A DNA stretch of 63,003 bases, the filler included, from Octopus bimaculoides (Eukaryota): NCBI RefSeq assembly GCF_001194135.2. It is 7 parts of 5 records of this genome, joined end to end, with 100 filler letters (N's around TTAATTAATTAA, not from the genome) between each part and the next. Parts side by side here need not be neighbours in the genome. Positions count along the whole stretch, not along the records: positions 1 to 15,077 come from NC_068981.1; positions 15,178 to 30,054 come from NC_068982.1; 5 more parts are not named here. The stretch is one strand, 5' to 3'. The position numbers and the translations under genes were made by a program. A model generated the notes under the pieces. That model saw nothing but the letters and a program-made list of their open reading frames with translations. It did no database searches and was not told the DNA's origin. Of this stretch, positions 12,641 through 25,620 are shown piece after piece (positions within the stretch are counted from its first letter, which is position 1; every line of letters begins with the position of its first letter).

Positions 12641-13201
12641 ACTTATTAACTGATGGTCACCTCACCAAAAAACAAAAAAAAACCCAAAAAACAAAAAAAA
12701 GACCAACAAAAAACCCAAATAACAGAACTAAAATAAACAAACAAATTAAACAAACAAACGGCAAATCGAAACACTTTAAGAAGCAATTAATTATTTAAAA
12801 TGAGTAGATAAAATATTTAGCTGTATCTTCTATATTATTCTTACTTAATTATTTTATTTTTGCTTCACTTTGTTTAAGAGGAACCAAAACACTGAAGAGA
12901 AAGTTATCTTGCAATACTCTCGTGTAGCCTTCAACATGGGAGAAAATCAAACTAAATCGGAATGCAGATAAATTCTTTTTATAATTTAGTCTGAAGATGT
13001 GATAGATAATTGAAAGAAGGACGGTATTATTATACTTCTATCATGACGTAGAATTCATTACAGAAAGACTTGAAGTGAAATCTAATGAATAATTCGTTAA
13101 TTTTACAGCATTGCGGTTGCTTTTAGAGACTAGTTACTGATGTTTAGACCCAAGGTAGATTTTATCGAGCATACTTATGCTGAAAGACGTCAAATAGTAA
13201 T

Positions 13202-13625
13202 CAGTAAGTCAAGGTTCTCACGCCAAGTTTTATTCAATGAATTCACCCTAGGGAAAAGATCACAGAGTTGCCCTCTTCGAAAATCAAGGACCAACTCAAA
13301 ACAACACTGAAAGCCACTGGACTGGAGCCTAAATAATTTGAATCATAAATCCAAGACTGTGGCACGTGGCGGTGTTTCATCATTATAGGAACCAAAATCT
13401 TTGAAGCCACCAGAAGAGAAAACGAAGAAATCAAACGATAGGGAAGAAAGACTCGACAAAATCAAGGTTCATCCTTCACCAACATTGCCATGCAGCCAAT
13501 GCCTTTGACTCTTCAATGTAAGAATTGGTCTACAGAGTCATCAATACTATCACCATAAAGAAAGCGTTCAACAGAGAAGAAACTAAATTCTCGGATCCGA
13601 GCTAAAACCTCCACCGCTGCTGCCG
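13202..13625 (+). mobile_element. 5'-truncated RTE-clade LINE with 25-bp TSD
   Basis: Reads IQDCGTWRCFIIIGTKIFEATRRENEEIKR, then C2H2-like CSQCL*LFNVRIGLQSHQYYH. Direct repeat atgctgaaag(a/c)cgtcaaatagtaat at 13177-13201 and 13626-13650 (24/25). Confidence 0.75.
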
Positions 13626-14287
13626 ATGCTGAAAGCCGTCAAATAGTAATTATCTAGTCTTTTGTTTTTCAAATACAACGTATCTAGGATTACATAGATC
13701 AATGTCATTCCTTTCGTTACAGTTGTGTTATAGACAGAAAAATTGGCTGTTATTTCTAGCAGGTCAAAGGATTGCGCAAAGGCTCCTCGACAGGGCTCGT
13801 ATGATCAGTTATATCGTTCCAAGGTATATATTTACAGCTAGATGAGCTGAGCCGATGAACGTTAAGTAGTTTTCTTTTTTGCCAGGGACATCGCGTTCCG
13901 CCATGGATAGAATACAACTCGCCAAGCTTTAATTTCACCAATCTACAGCTTGCAATAAATGAATTATAAATACATAAATAAACCAAACAAATAAATAAGA
14001 ATAAAGAAACGATTTCTGAAATTTAAGACTCAGCTGTGAAAATGCACAAACTCTGCTGTAGTTACATAATATAAAGAGCATTCATCAGCTGTAACACTTC
14101 TATCTGCAAAAGCTTTTGTAAAGTGAATAAACCATCACTCGCCTGCGCATACCACAACAAGTTCAGCATGTAATAAAAAAAAATAATAATAAATAAATAG
14201 AAGTAAAATAAAATAAAATCTGCACACGCACATGCCACGTTCAATGTAACGGTGGCAGATTACGCGAATGAGAGGAGGAAAAATATT

Positions 14288-14460
14288 CCATTGAAGATCA
14301 GGCCAGAAGAACGAGACAACTTCAAAATCAGGTGTAGCAGAGCGTGTATGGAACGATAATGGAAATCACTAACCATTATGGAATGAAGTTTCCATTATTG
14401 ACAAGGAACCACACTGGATGTGATGAAAGATCAAAAGAGTCTGCATGTAAGGGCATTATC
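14288..14460 (+). mobile_element. Penelope-like GIY-YIG C-terminal remnant (same family as 552-848)
   Basis: PLKIRPEE, then SGVAERVWNDNGNH*PLWNEVSIIDKEPHW. Parallels PLKIRVDE..GIADHVWKNGDHLPLWDE at 552-848. Confidence 0.7.
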
Positions 14461-14649
14461 AACGAATGCCATTAGTAAATGTTGCACATACTTCAAAATC
14501 AATATACCAATCTACATTTAGATATGTTCAAACTTGGCAGATAGGCAGAAGAGAAGGGACATTGGCGTAGTTCAAATAGTCGTTTCAATTGTAAATAAAG
14601 TTTATAAAATAAACACTTTTTCAGGCACATCTTCATTACACACACACAT

Positions 14650-14760
14650 ACAAACACACAAGCATAGTCTCACACACACAAGCATAGTCTCTCACACACA
14701 CACACAAGCATAATCACACACACACAAGCCTAATCACACACACACCAGCATAATCACACA
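14650..14760. repeat. Minisatellite, about 20-bp unit cacacacaagcata(g/a)tc, about 5 copies
   Basis: caagcatagtct, caagcatagtct, caagcataatc, caagcctaatc and ccagcataatc separated by (CA)n. Confidence 0.8.
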
Positions 14761-15121
14761 CACACATACACACACGCACGCACACACACATGCATGGATA
14801 CACACACGCTATGAAAGTCACTTATTGTAATCACTGAGAACATTAGAAACCGGTTATTGGTCTCAATCTTATATAGTTATGTTGGCTGCTTAATATTATC
14901 GAAAAAAACTTCGTCCCAAAATTGTATCACTGTATATATACACTCGAATATATTAGTGTGTCATGGAGTGAATGCAGTAATGAATAATAGCTTATATTAT
15001 AGATATTTGGTAAAAACCAATCGTCGAGTTTTCTCGCATTTTTGCAAACCAATCACGGCACCCAACACAATTTAGCANNNNNNNNNNNNNNNNNNNNNNN
15101 NNNNNNNNNNNNNNNNNNNNN

Positions 15122-15133
15122 TTAATTAATTAA
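15122..15133. other. Assembly linker TTAATTAATTAA in a 44N+12+44N gap
   Basis: Identical 100-bp construct recurs six times. Not biological. Confidence 0.9.
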
Positions 15134-15177
15134 NNNNNNNNNNNNNNNNNNNNNNNNNNNNNNNNNNNNNNNNNNNN

Positions 15178-15209
<32 letters not shown>

Positions 15210-16054
15210 TGCATATGTATAAGTGTATATACAGAAACGGAAGGACACGCATATTCATGTTTTTCCTCTTCCTCTTTTTCTTTACAAGTCAGATAAAAAA
15301 ATTCAAAGTACCATTCATATTAGAGATTGATTTGCTACGCGATGGTTGAGATTTTTCTCGAAGTGAAGACGATTTCAATAAATAAAGATTTTATGTAGTG
15401 TAGTATATAACTTTTACTTTCAAATCCGTCCTCGTCTCTTACATCACTCCTGGCATCGGCAGTGCCATTCATATTATTAATCTTCTATCCAGAGAATTTT
15501 ATTTCGTGCTTTTCTTTCGAGAATAATTTGCAGGTCTTTAGTTGTCACAAAATTCCGACATCCGAATTCATTGTTCTCTCCGCAGCTGCGAAACCATTGC
15601 CTTTCAGGATGTACATGACACCTTGTTCCCTAACTGACTCCGTGTATCATACATTGAAAAGATGCGTCCACTGTTTGTATACAACAACTGAATCTCAAAA
15701 CAAATACGTTTGTAACGAATAAAGCTTATTCCTGAAGCTTTTATACTGAATGGATATCTATGTACGTATCTTGCGAGCCTGTCTATCTGGCTATCTGGCT
15801 ATCTATTTATCCGTCTGTGTAGTGACAAATAGAATAACTGGCTCGAAACATGCCCATAACCTACTTCCATATAAGACGTAGCGGTACATAAAGCATTCGA
15901 GTAACAAGAGGAAGAGAAACAAAGCGAGATGGAAGCGGGGAAGGAAACGAGCGGAAGGAGGGGGAAATAAGTTAAGAAGAAGAGGAAAAAGAAGAATGAG
16001 AACGATAAGAAATTAATGATGATTATGTTGCGGTTATTGCTGTTAATGATTATG

Positions 16055-16067
16055 ATGATGATGATGA

Positions 16068-16162
<95 letters not shown>

Positions 16163-16206
16163 AAAAAGAAGAAGAAGAAGAGGAGAAGAAGAAGAAGAAG
16201 AAGAAG

Positions 16207-16277
<71 letters not shown>
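16055..16277. repeat. Compound trinucleotide array (GAT)(GAC)n(GAT)n(GAA)n(CAA)n
   Basis: Direct runs. They explain the homopolymeric ORFs at 15799-16387. Confidence 0.95.
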
Positions 16278-17012
16278 GATCAAGATGCCATGGAAGAGAA
16301 GATAGAGGGAGGAAGTTTAATTCGGAGATGAAAATTATACGAATATTTGTCTTTTGCAATACAACTACAGACTATCTAACGATGTAACATACACTCACAC
16401 ACACATACACACACACACACACACACACAAGCACAAATAAACCCATTGAATAAGTATAAGTAAATTGACTATGACAATGAGTCATGGAAACGAATAAAAC
16501 CTATCTTCACCCTAGAAACCAGACTTAGTTTCGAACTTGGTAATAATCTGTTCTGATTTCCAAGCGAATTATTGACTTTCCTGAACAATTTTCCTTTTCA
16601 TACAACAGCGCATACAATACACCATTATTTGCAATTCTAAGAAATCTCATAAAAACACTTCACCATCAATATTCCAACTAGAACTGGTAATTTTATGAGA
16701 TATATCTCTTCAATTCACTCAAAATGTTTGACCAACTTTNNNNNNNNNNNNNNNNNNNNNNNNNNNNNNNNNNNNNNNNNNNNNNNNNNNNNNNNNNNNN
16801 NNNNNNNNNNNNNNNNNNNNNNNNNNNNNNNNNNNNNNNNNNNNNNNNNNNNNNNNNNNNNNNNNNNNNNNNNNNNNNNNNNNNNNNNNNNNNNNNNNNN
16901 NNNNNNNNNNNNNNNNNNNNNNNNNNNNNNNNNNNNNNNNNNNNNNNNNNNNNNNNNNNNNNNNNNNNNNNNNNNNNNNNNNNNNNNNNNNNNNNNNNNN
17001 NNNNNNNNNNNN

Positions 17013-17074
<62 letters not shown>

Positions 17075-18634
17075 TGTGCGCGCGCGCGTGTATGAGTGTT
17101 TAGAAACAGAGTCATGGATATACACAAGCATTAAAAGAAAAATTGAAAATGATTACTTGTACTCTCTGCACAATATATTTGTATTTATAAATACATGTAT
17201 ACACGCTCACATGTGCGCGTGTGCGATTATGTATACATGAGTATATATGTACACACATATTTATATATATGAACGTATATGAATGTATATACGCTCCCAT
17301 TTACAGTCACTTACATAAACACGCACGCATTCAGACACTTACACATAGGTAAATGCCTAAGTATATTTATAAAGAATGTATATATATATATATATATATN
17401 NNNNNNNNNNNNNNNNNNNNNNNNNNNNNNNNNNNNNNNNNNNNNNNNNNNNNNNNNNNNNNNNNNNNNNNNNNNNNNNNNNNNNNNNNNNNNNNNNNNN
17501 NNNNNNNNNNNNNNNNNNNNNNNNNNNNNNNNNNNNNNNNNNNNNNNNNNNNNNNNNNNNNNNNNNNNNNNNNNNNNNNNNNNNNNNNNNNNNNNNNNNN
17601 NNNNNNNNNNNNNNNNNNNNNNNNNNNNNNNNNNNNNNNNNNNNNNNNNNNNNNNNNNNNNNNNNNNNNNNNNNNNNNNNNNNNNNNNNNNNNNNNNNNN
17701 NNNNNNNNNNNNNNNNNNNNNNNNNNNNNNNNNNNNNNNNNNNNNNNNNNNNNNNNNNNNNNNNNNNNNNNNNNNNNNNNNNNNNNNNNNNNNNNNNNNN
17801 NNNNNNNNNNNNNNNNNNNNNNNNNNNNNNNNNNNNNNNNNNNNNNNNNNNNNNNNNNNNNNNNNNNNNNNNNNNNNNNNNNNNNNNNNNNNNNNNNNNN
17901 NNNNNNNNNNNNNNNNNNNNNNNNNNNNNNNNNNNNNNNNNNNNNNNNNNNNNNNNNNNNNNNNNNNNNNNNNNNNNNNNNNNNNNNNNNNNNNNNNNNN
18001 NNNNNNNNNNNTGTGTGTGTGTGTGTGTGTGTGCGTGTGTGTGTGTATGTGTGTGCGTGTGTAATTATTATGTATATACTTATATATATATATGTATGTA
18101 TGCGTGTGTATATGTGTATGTGTGTGTATATATATCTGTATATAGATATATATGTGTATATATTATATATAAACATGTGTGTATATATATATACATATAC
18201 ATATATATACGTACACACATACATGTATCGCTTTTTGTACGTTTGTATAATACGTAATAAAATAGGTGTAAAAACGAGGCCAATAAAGCGAAATGGATTT
18301 GTAAGGAACGGGATGAATTACACGAGAAGTGTTTATTATAAAAAGAATGAAAACATTGCTAGGCGACTATTGCTATGTAAGTTAGCGTTCTGTTCTGAGT
18401 GGTCAGAACTGTGAGAATTATTTCGCTTCGTGACTGTTACATTGAAAAACCAACGGTAAGTGTTGGGTTGGAAATGTGGAGTTACAGGCGGAGGGATATT
18501 TGGGAAGGAGGTGTGTTGTGAAGGTGCAACATGTGTAGTAGGTAAGGTGACAGGTGAAGGGAAGAACAATGCAGGAATAGTTGAAGTTGTTTGTGAAATA
18601 CTGAGGAAAATTCGAAGTGTAAAAGCAGAACGAC

Positions 18635-18635
<1 letters not shown>

Positions 18636-18679
<44 letters not shown>

Positions 18680-19047
18680 CAGCAGCAGCAGCAGCAGCAG
18701 CAGTGGCAACAGCAGCAGCAGCAGCAGAAGAAGAAGAAGAAGAAGAAGAAGAAGAAGAAGAAGAAGGAGGNNNNNNNNNNNNNNNNNNNNNNNNNNNNNN
18801 NNNNNNNNNNNNNNNNNNNNNNNNNNNNNNNNNNNNNNNNNNNNNNNNNNNNNNNNNNNNNNNNNNNNNNNNNNNNNNNNNNNNNNNNNNNNNNNNNNNN
18901 NNNNNNNNNNNNNNNNNNNNNNNNNNNNNNNNNNNNNNNNNNNNNNNNNNNNNNNNNNNNNNNNNNNNNNNNNNNNNNNNNNNNNNNNNNNNNNNNNNNN
19001 NNNNNNNNNNNNNNNNNNNNNNNNNNNNNNNNNNNNNNAAGAAGAAA

Positions 19048-19079
<32 letters not shown>

Positions 19080-19190
19080 CAACAACAACAACAACAGCAA
19101 CAACAACAACAACAACAAGTAGAAGAAGAAGAAGAAGCAGAAGAAGAAGAAGAAGAAGAAGAAGAAGAAGAAGAAGAAGAAGAAGAAGAT
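18636..19190. repeat. Compound trinucleotide array (GTA)n(GCA)n(GAA)n-gap-(GAA)n(CAA)n(GAA)n
   Basis: Direct runs on both sides of the N gap 18771-19038. Confidence 0.9.
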
Positions 19191-19599
19191 GACGATAGAT
19201 ATAAAAGTATTAATGAATCCAGGAATCTCAGAGAAAATGGAAAATATGTTGTTGCTACAGCTGTTTATCCCCGGCCAAACGCTGATGCAGCTTCTAATTT
19301 GCAGACCTGGAAATAGCTTGCTTGTGCAAATGCCATCATTCGAAAATTGTGCATTGTGGATGACAGATGGTTTCACGTGTCATCTGGAGAGAATGCGCAG
19401 CGTTTCGGTGTCATTCTCTCGATGGATTTACAGTGCACTGATCCCATTTACTGATGTGAGACCTCATCTACTGTTTCGTCTGAAAAGTATTCGGCTTGAA
19501 ATTCATTTCAGGATCATCACCTGTGCCACCAGGTTTTACCATTCTTTTTTTAGTGACGTCAAACGGCTGGCCCTCTCAATTGTTGCTTGGATCTCTTAC

Positions 19600-19960
19600 C
19601 GATGTTGACACCAATTGATAGCGCCACCGTCTCAGTCTGGATGTAGGGGTTTCGAATGAAATCCCTACATTCAACTTATATAGTAAAATGATCTACTCTC
19701 TAACAAGTATCAATACAGTCTTTTAGTAACGTCTCATAACGCTCGTCTTTTCTAATCTGGACTGCATCTAAACTATCTTTGTGTGGCCCATTTATTCAAC
19801 AATGTGTATTATCCAACGTTCCTCATAGCATATTGTCATATCCGGTTTCCTTGTTCGTATTGGAAAGAGGCGTTCACATCCTGGATTTGCTGTTACCTCT
19901 CATATTCCTTCCCAGTTCTCATCATTCACAGTATCCTTTGGGGTAACCATTTTGACTGAC
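19600..19960 (-). mobile_element. Possible RLE-type LINE endonuclease remnant
   Basis: Minus strand reads RKPDMTI..WIIHIVE and, after a frameshift, KDERYETLLK. Resembles the PD..E..K..KY..L restriction-like endonuclease pattern but is heavily decayed. Confidence 0.35.
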
Positions 19961-20041
19961 AAATGAGTTAAACCGTTTACTGCCATCGTTGTGTATGCAC
20001 ACACACACTTACATACACACATAAAACATATATATATATGT

Positions 20042-20115
<74 letters not shown>

Positions 20116-20449
20116 ATATGAAATTACGCACGTTTGTGAATACTATTTAATTAGACCTGACATCCTACATAATTGAGATAGTAAAACTAATGACAATTGC
20201 TACAAGCGAAGCGTACTAATATAAAATGGAATGTTTTAAAATGAATGCGTGGATGCGGGAAACACACTTATATTGATGACTAAGAATGACAAAAATATGA
20301 GAATGGCAAAAATCAATCTCCATCATTTCTATTTGGAACAAAACTGCATTAAATCAAGTGACATGCATTTCCCGCACATTATATCTCTTGTAACGTCGTG
20401 AATGAAAGATCGCCTGAGGTTTCTTCCAAATGTGTGACAATCATAAATA

Positions 20450-20495
<46 letters not shown>

Positions 20496-21322
20496 TCTCT
20501 GTGTGTTTCTGTTCATGAGTTGCACATGCGTGTGAGTTTTTACGTGCATGTGAGCCACTGCGTGAACATGCATACTTTTATAGATACTGTCCAATATGTT
20601 GGGTCTGATTTGAGAAGTTAGCGTGTGATTTCAGGGAGGTTTGTCAACTATTTCTTGCATGATATATATTAAGTCAAATAGTAACTTCTTCAAACAGAAA
20701 TTACTTATAGATTATGTATTCCATGTTCTGCTAAAATTTATATGATATCATTATTCATAAAACTACACGATCAAACATGACCTGTAACCAAAACTAACAA
20801 CTTTGACAGCAAAGTGCAGTACTGACAAAATGAATCGAACCAGCGAACCTTAACTAGGATCTCCAAACTTTATCAACACGTGATCAATGTCAAAACTCAT
20901 AATGATGGAATACTATATTTTATACCTCAATATAGCTATTGCACTGTCAGGGCGAAGAATACATCCACTCATTAAAATTTTATTTCGTATCAGTCAATAT
21001 ATTGTATAGAAGTGTTAATGGCCAAAGCACATAAACGTGTAGAAAGGAAAAAACCATTAACCATTAGAGTCGAGCATTGGAACTTTTCTAAACGGAACGC
21101 TAGAGGAGTTATAATATGCCTTGACATAGCAATGGTTCAGTGAGTAATTTACAAGAATCAGCGCTATTTATTGAAAGTTCATGTGCAAGTAAAGGTGCTG
21201 AATAATAGCCATGACGATCTAAATATTTAACTTGATTTCTATTAAATAATTTCATAAATGAACCAAAAATATTTTAATATAAATGTAAAATATAAACATA
21301 TGTGTGTATTTGCGTGTGTGCG

Positions 21323-21390
<68 letters not shown>

Positions 21391-22149
21391 TGTGTGTGTG
21401 GGAATGCATTTGTGTGTGTATGTGGACATAAATTCACTATTAATATTTCCAGATCGGCGAAGACTGGGTTTCTTGATTCGTTTGATTCATCACATTCAGG
21501 GCAATATTATGAATAATTATAATCATTTCTTCTTTTGATTGAAGTTGGGCCTTGNNNNNNNNNNNNNNNNNNNNNNNNNNNNNNNNNNNNNNNNNNNNNN
21601 NNNNNNNNNNNNNNNNNNNNNNNNNNNNNNNNNNNNNNNNNNNNNNNNNNNNNNNNNNNNNNNNNNNNNNNNNNNNNNNNNNNNNNNNNNNNNNNNNNNN
21701 NNNNNNNNNNNNNNNNNNNNNNNNNNNNNNNNNNNNNNNNNNNNNNNNNNNNNNNNNNNNNNNNNNNNNNNNNNNNNNNNNNNNNNNNNNNNNNNNNNNN
21801 NNNNNNNNNNNNNNNNNNNNNNNNNNNNNNNNNNNNNNNNNNNNNNNNNNNNNNNNNNNNNNNNNNNNNNNNNNNNNNNNNNNNNNNNNNNNNNNNNNNN
21901 NNNNNNNNNNNNNNNNNNNNNNNNNNNNNNNNNNNNNNNNNNNNNNNNNNNNNNNNNNNNNNNNNNNNNNNNNNNNNNNNNNNNNNNNNNNNNNNNNNNN
22001 NNNNNNNNNNNNNNNNNNNNNNNNATATGTACGTATTGCATATGAGTACGTTTGCATATATTGACCAATACTATTCACACATATATAATTGCATATAATT
22101 ACACTCATCACTTTCCCCCTCATGCTGTTTCTATCTATCAATCAATCAT

Positions 22150-22180
<31 letters not shown>

Positions 22181-22594
22181 ATGTATGCACACATACGTAT
22201 GCACACGTATATATAAACATATATATATTACATATATATGTATGTGTGTATGTAAGTATGTATGCATGTATGTATGTATGTATGTATGTATGTATGTATT
22301 AGGTAGGTAGGTAGGTAGGTAGGTAGGTAGGTAGGTAGGTAGGTAGGTTGGTAGGTGGATAGGTAAGTAGCTATGTACGTATATATGTCACTGTTCAGTT
22401 TTATTTCAAGATTTCTTGCCGATAGAGAAAGAGCCGAATTCTAACCTAGATGCTCGACTCTTTCATTGGAATTTCAACATCAAAAACGGGGTAGTTTTGT
22501 TTGTTTGTATGTATGTATATGTGCAGATTTGAATGTTTTGTTTTATGTATGTATTCTAATGCATGTACTTGCATATCGAAACATCCTCAAATAT

Positions 22595-23225
22595 ATAAAT
22601 GATAAACTTCTCGAAAGTTTTACAGAGTTTTGCACTTCCAGTGATGGATTGGATCTGTTGTCTTCGAATCAGCTTTCTCCTTTCTGGTTTTGAGAAGCCT
22701 AATTTCTCAAGATTGGTATTTAGGCAGTGTGTTACCTATCCCACCGTTCCAATAATTACAAGTATATACTAGAACTTGTAATCTGGATATTGTAACTTCA
22801 GATTTCTCAATACTTTAACGTAGGGATTCTCTTCACTGATCTTCAGCATTAAGTTAACATGCGCTCGGCAGTTAACTTCCATAACTCTACACAGTTTCTC
22901 TTCTCCATCCCAAATCATTATATCAGATCTGCTGTGCATACATTTTATTGAGGTCTTCACTGGGACATTCCACCAGTACACCTTTTTATTATGAGTGGCT
23001 ATGGCTTATACCATATTGTGGGTTCTTACTTCTTTGTCCTCGGGTTTATCCTTCCAACGGATTTCATTATAGAGTGTCCAAGCTACAAAATCATACCTCA
23101 TCGGTAGATAATACCTTGAAAACATTTTCGGACAACGGCTTATGATGTGGGTGATACCTTCGGTGTTCACTCCAGAAGGACTGCATCGGTTGTCACATTC
23201 TACTGCTTTTCCTGCATCTCTATCC
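22595..23225 (-). mobile_element. R4/Dong-like (RLE) LINE 3' coding remnant: CCHC knuckle plus REL endonuclease
   Basis: EGITHIISRCPKMFSRYYLPMRYDFVA..YWWNVPVKTSIKCMHSRSDIMIWD..KLCRVMEV..LRNLKLQYPDYKF*YILVIIGTVG..LGF..QIQSITGSAKLCKTF. Confidence 0.85.
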
Positions 23226-23332
23226 TTTTTGTGCATCATGTATTGTATGTATGTATGTGTGTGTATGTATGTGTGTATGAATGCATGTATGTTTGTATGT
23301 ATGTATGGTTATTATCATTATTATTGAGTGAG

Positions 23333-23870
23333 AGAGCAGTGCATGCCATCAAAGTGACACTGGTGTAAAATATACGAAGCCCAGTATACCCATCATGGCT
23401 ACCCGTCTGATAATGGTACACCAGGCACATGCATCACAACCATATGTGCACAACATAGTGATCTCATATCAAGATAAACAGCGCATGACCTCGCAGGTGG
23501 GGCTCAGTTGGAATTTTCTTCAGATCGAGTAGTCCATCCCGCTCAAAAGTCCATGAATAAGGTTTGTTTAAGGTTGTTAAGCAAAACACCCATGTTTCCA
23601 AAGGTGAATTGTTCAAACCCAAAAGAATTCCTCTCAACACATGGCTATGATGCTCCCCCACTAGTTATGCTCATGATAAGAGATGCACATATCATCAGCC
23701 ACCAAGAGACATGCTCAACTGGTTAAGGTCAAACAACTGACAAGCAAATCTGTGGTATTGAGCAGAATATTTGCTGTAGCCCACCATTTATACCATGACA
23801 AAACAATGTACATGATAGCACTACCAATCAAGATCAGAAGCCATGAAAACCACTGCCTGATACTGCATAT
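23333..23870 (-). mobile_element. Unclassified interspersed element sitting in a (TAA/ATT)n tract, possibly a LINE 3' UTR
   Basis: About 540 bp of complex, more GC-rich sequence bounded on both sides by (ATT)n. No second copy in the window and no recognisable ORF. Strand is inferred. Confidence 0.35.
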
Positions 23871-23949
23871 TATGATTATTATTATTGTTGTTGTTGTTGT
23901 TGTTGTTGTTATACACAATCATGCTGAGTCTGCAAATTGCATGTGTAGA

Positions 23950-24170
23950 AAAGGCGGTGGGCTGGCAGAAACCTTAGCACGCCGGGCGAAATACTTAGCG
24001 ATATTTCGTCTGTCCTTACGTTCTGAGTTCAAATTCCGCCTAGGTGGACTTTGCCTTTCATCCTTTCAAGGTCGATAAATTAGGTACCAGTTACGTCCTG
24101 GGGTCGATTTAATCAGCTAGCACTCTCCTCCACAAAATTTTGGGCCTGATGCCTACAGTAAAAAAAATTA
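23950..24170 (+). mobile_element. SINE-1 copy with tail B and 10-bp TSD
   Basis: Full head and core. catgtgtaga at 23940-23949 and 24171-24180. Confidence 0.9.
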
Positions 24171-24639
24171 CATGTGTAGACACTTACGTCATAATGCAAT
24201 AATTAATAAAGTTGGTCGAAACCGACGTGAAACCCACACATTATTCATTTTGTACTACTAGAGATATCCTGAGATGGCCGATGGACACCATAAAGATTTC
24301 AACACAACCATTCTCTTTAGTTTCCATTTCTCTCTAGCGGTTCAGAAATGTTATGAAATTTACCTGGATTTTCACTGCTCTTTGTCTTAAGCAGGTTGAT
24401 ATCTAACCAATACACCTGAGTTACTTTACATATGTAATGGTTCAAATTAAAAGAGTCAATTCACTCAGTTAATATTACAGATATTAGAACCCTATCAACA
24501 TAGAAGTCAGACTACACACTATAAAGAAAGCGGTATAGTATGTAAATAGAGAGAAATGGTGTCTAAACTTCAAAGCTATACCTACATGAGTTAAGGGCTC
24601 AAGCCAGTAGACTATAACTTTAACGTAATTCCAGGTAAA

Positions 24640-24830
24640 AGAAACGGAGTAGGTTGACAACCGATATTTGTGTGTTTACATCACCGTAACCTAGCGGTAC
24701 GGCAAAAGACACCGATATAATAAGTACCAGACTTACAAGGAATAAGTCCTGGGGTCGAATTCTTCGACTAAAAAATCATTTAAACATGGTCGCAGTCAAA
24801 ATGGCTGAAACAAATAAAAGAATAAAAGAA
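24640..24830 (+). mobile_element. SINE-2 family, 3' half
   Basis: ttgacaaccgat..gtgtttac..gtaacctagcggtacggcaaaagacaccgat..aataagtcctggggtcga..catggtcgcagtcaaaatggctgaaacaa. Confidence 0.75.
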
Positions 24831-24974
24831 CTGATTAGGATAATTAAAATAATTGTATCTTACATTTCTCATTGTTGCCTCCTGCACCAGAAATATGTAC
24901 GGAAGTAAGTTTCATATGTTTAATGTATTTAGAACAATCATTCTTATTATTATCATTATTATTAAGTTAAATTT

Positions 24975-25195
24975 TAAAGCGGTGAGATAGCAGAATCATT
25001 CGCACTAAGGGCAAAGAACTTTGCAGTATTTCGTCCGTAACTATGTTCTGAGTTTTAATTATCCCGAGTTCAACTTTGCCTTTCATCCTTTCGGGGTTGA
25101 TAAATTAAGTACCCGTGAAACAATGGTACCGATGTGATTGATCATGTCCCTCCACTAAAATTTCAGGCTTTGTGCCTTTAGCAGAAAGGATTATT
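24975..25195 (+). mobile_element. SINE-1 copy with tail B
   Basis: aaagcggtgagatagcagaatc..gttctgagtt..ctttgcctttcatcctttcggggttgataaattaagtacc..aaaatttcaggctttgtgcc. Confidence 0.8.
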
Positions 25196-25581
25196 AAATT
25201 AAATTAATTTTCTTTTCGTTATTGGTGCACTTTTAATTGTTTTTTTTTTTATTTTTTTACTACCAAATTGTGTACGTTAATTCTCCACTTAACTATATGT
25301 TAATGGATGCATGTGTTATTGTTTGAAATTATATGAATTCTTTATAAAGAGAAAGGATTAATTTTTTGACGAAGGAACGAATCTTCATCGTTACAACTTA
25401 GATAGCAACAACGCACAATTTAAATTTTAGTGCTGTTTGTATATATGTGCATGTATGTCAATATGTGTGTGTGTGTGTGTTTGTGTGTATGTATGTTTGT
25501 GTGTATTTTGATATATTTACGTATGTATATATGTAGGTAGGTAGGTGGGTAGGTAAGCAGGCAGTGTATGTGGGTAAATGG

Positions 25582-25620
25582 AAACTGTCTAGAAGACTAC
25601 GAAACTGTCTAGAAGACTGT
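25582..25620. repeat. 20-bp tandem duplication gaaactgtctagaagact
   Basis: Two adjacent copies. Confidence 0.85.

Noticed and set aside
15122-15133. TTAATTAATTAA as a biological palindrome or piggyBac TTAA site
   Set aside because: Always centred in an identical 44N/44N gap, so it is an assembly linker.
18380-18635. GTAAGT donor-like site at 18457 and the open frames around it
   Set aside because: No convincing acceptor or recognisable domain. The ORF length is inflated by the adjacent triplet repeat and gap.
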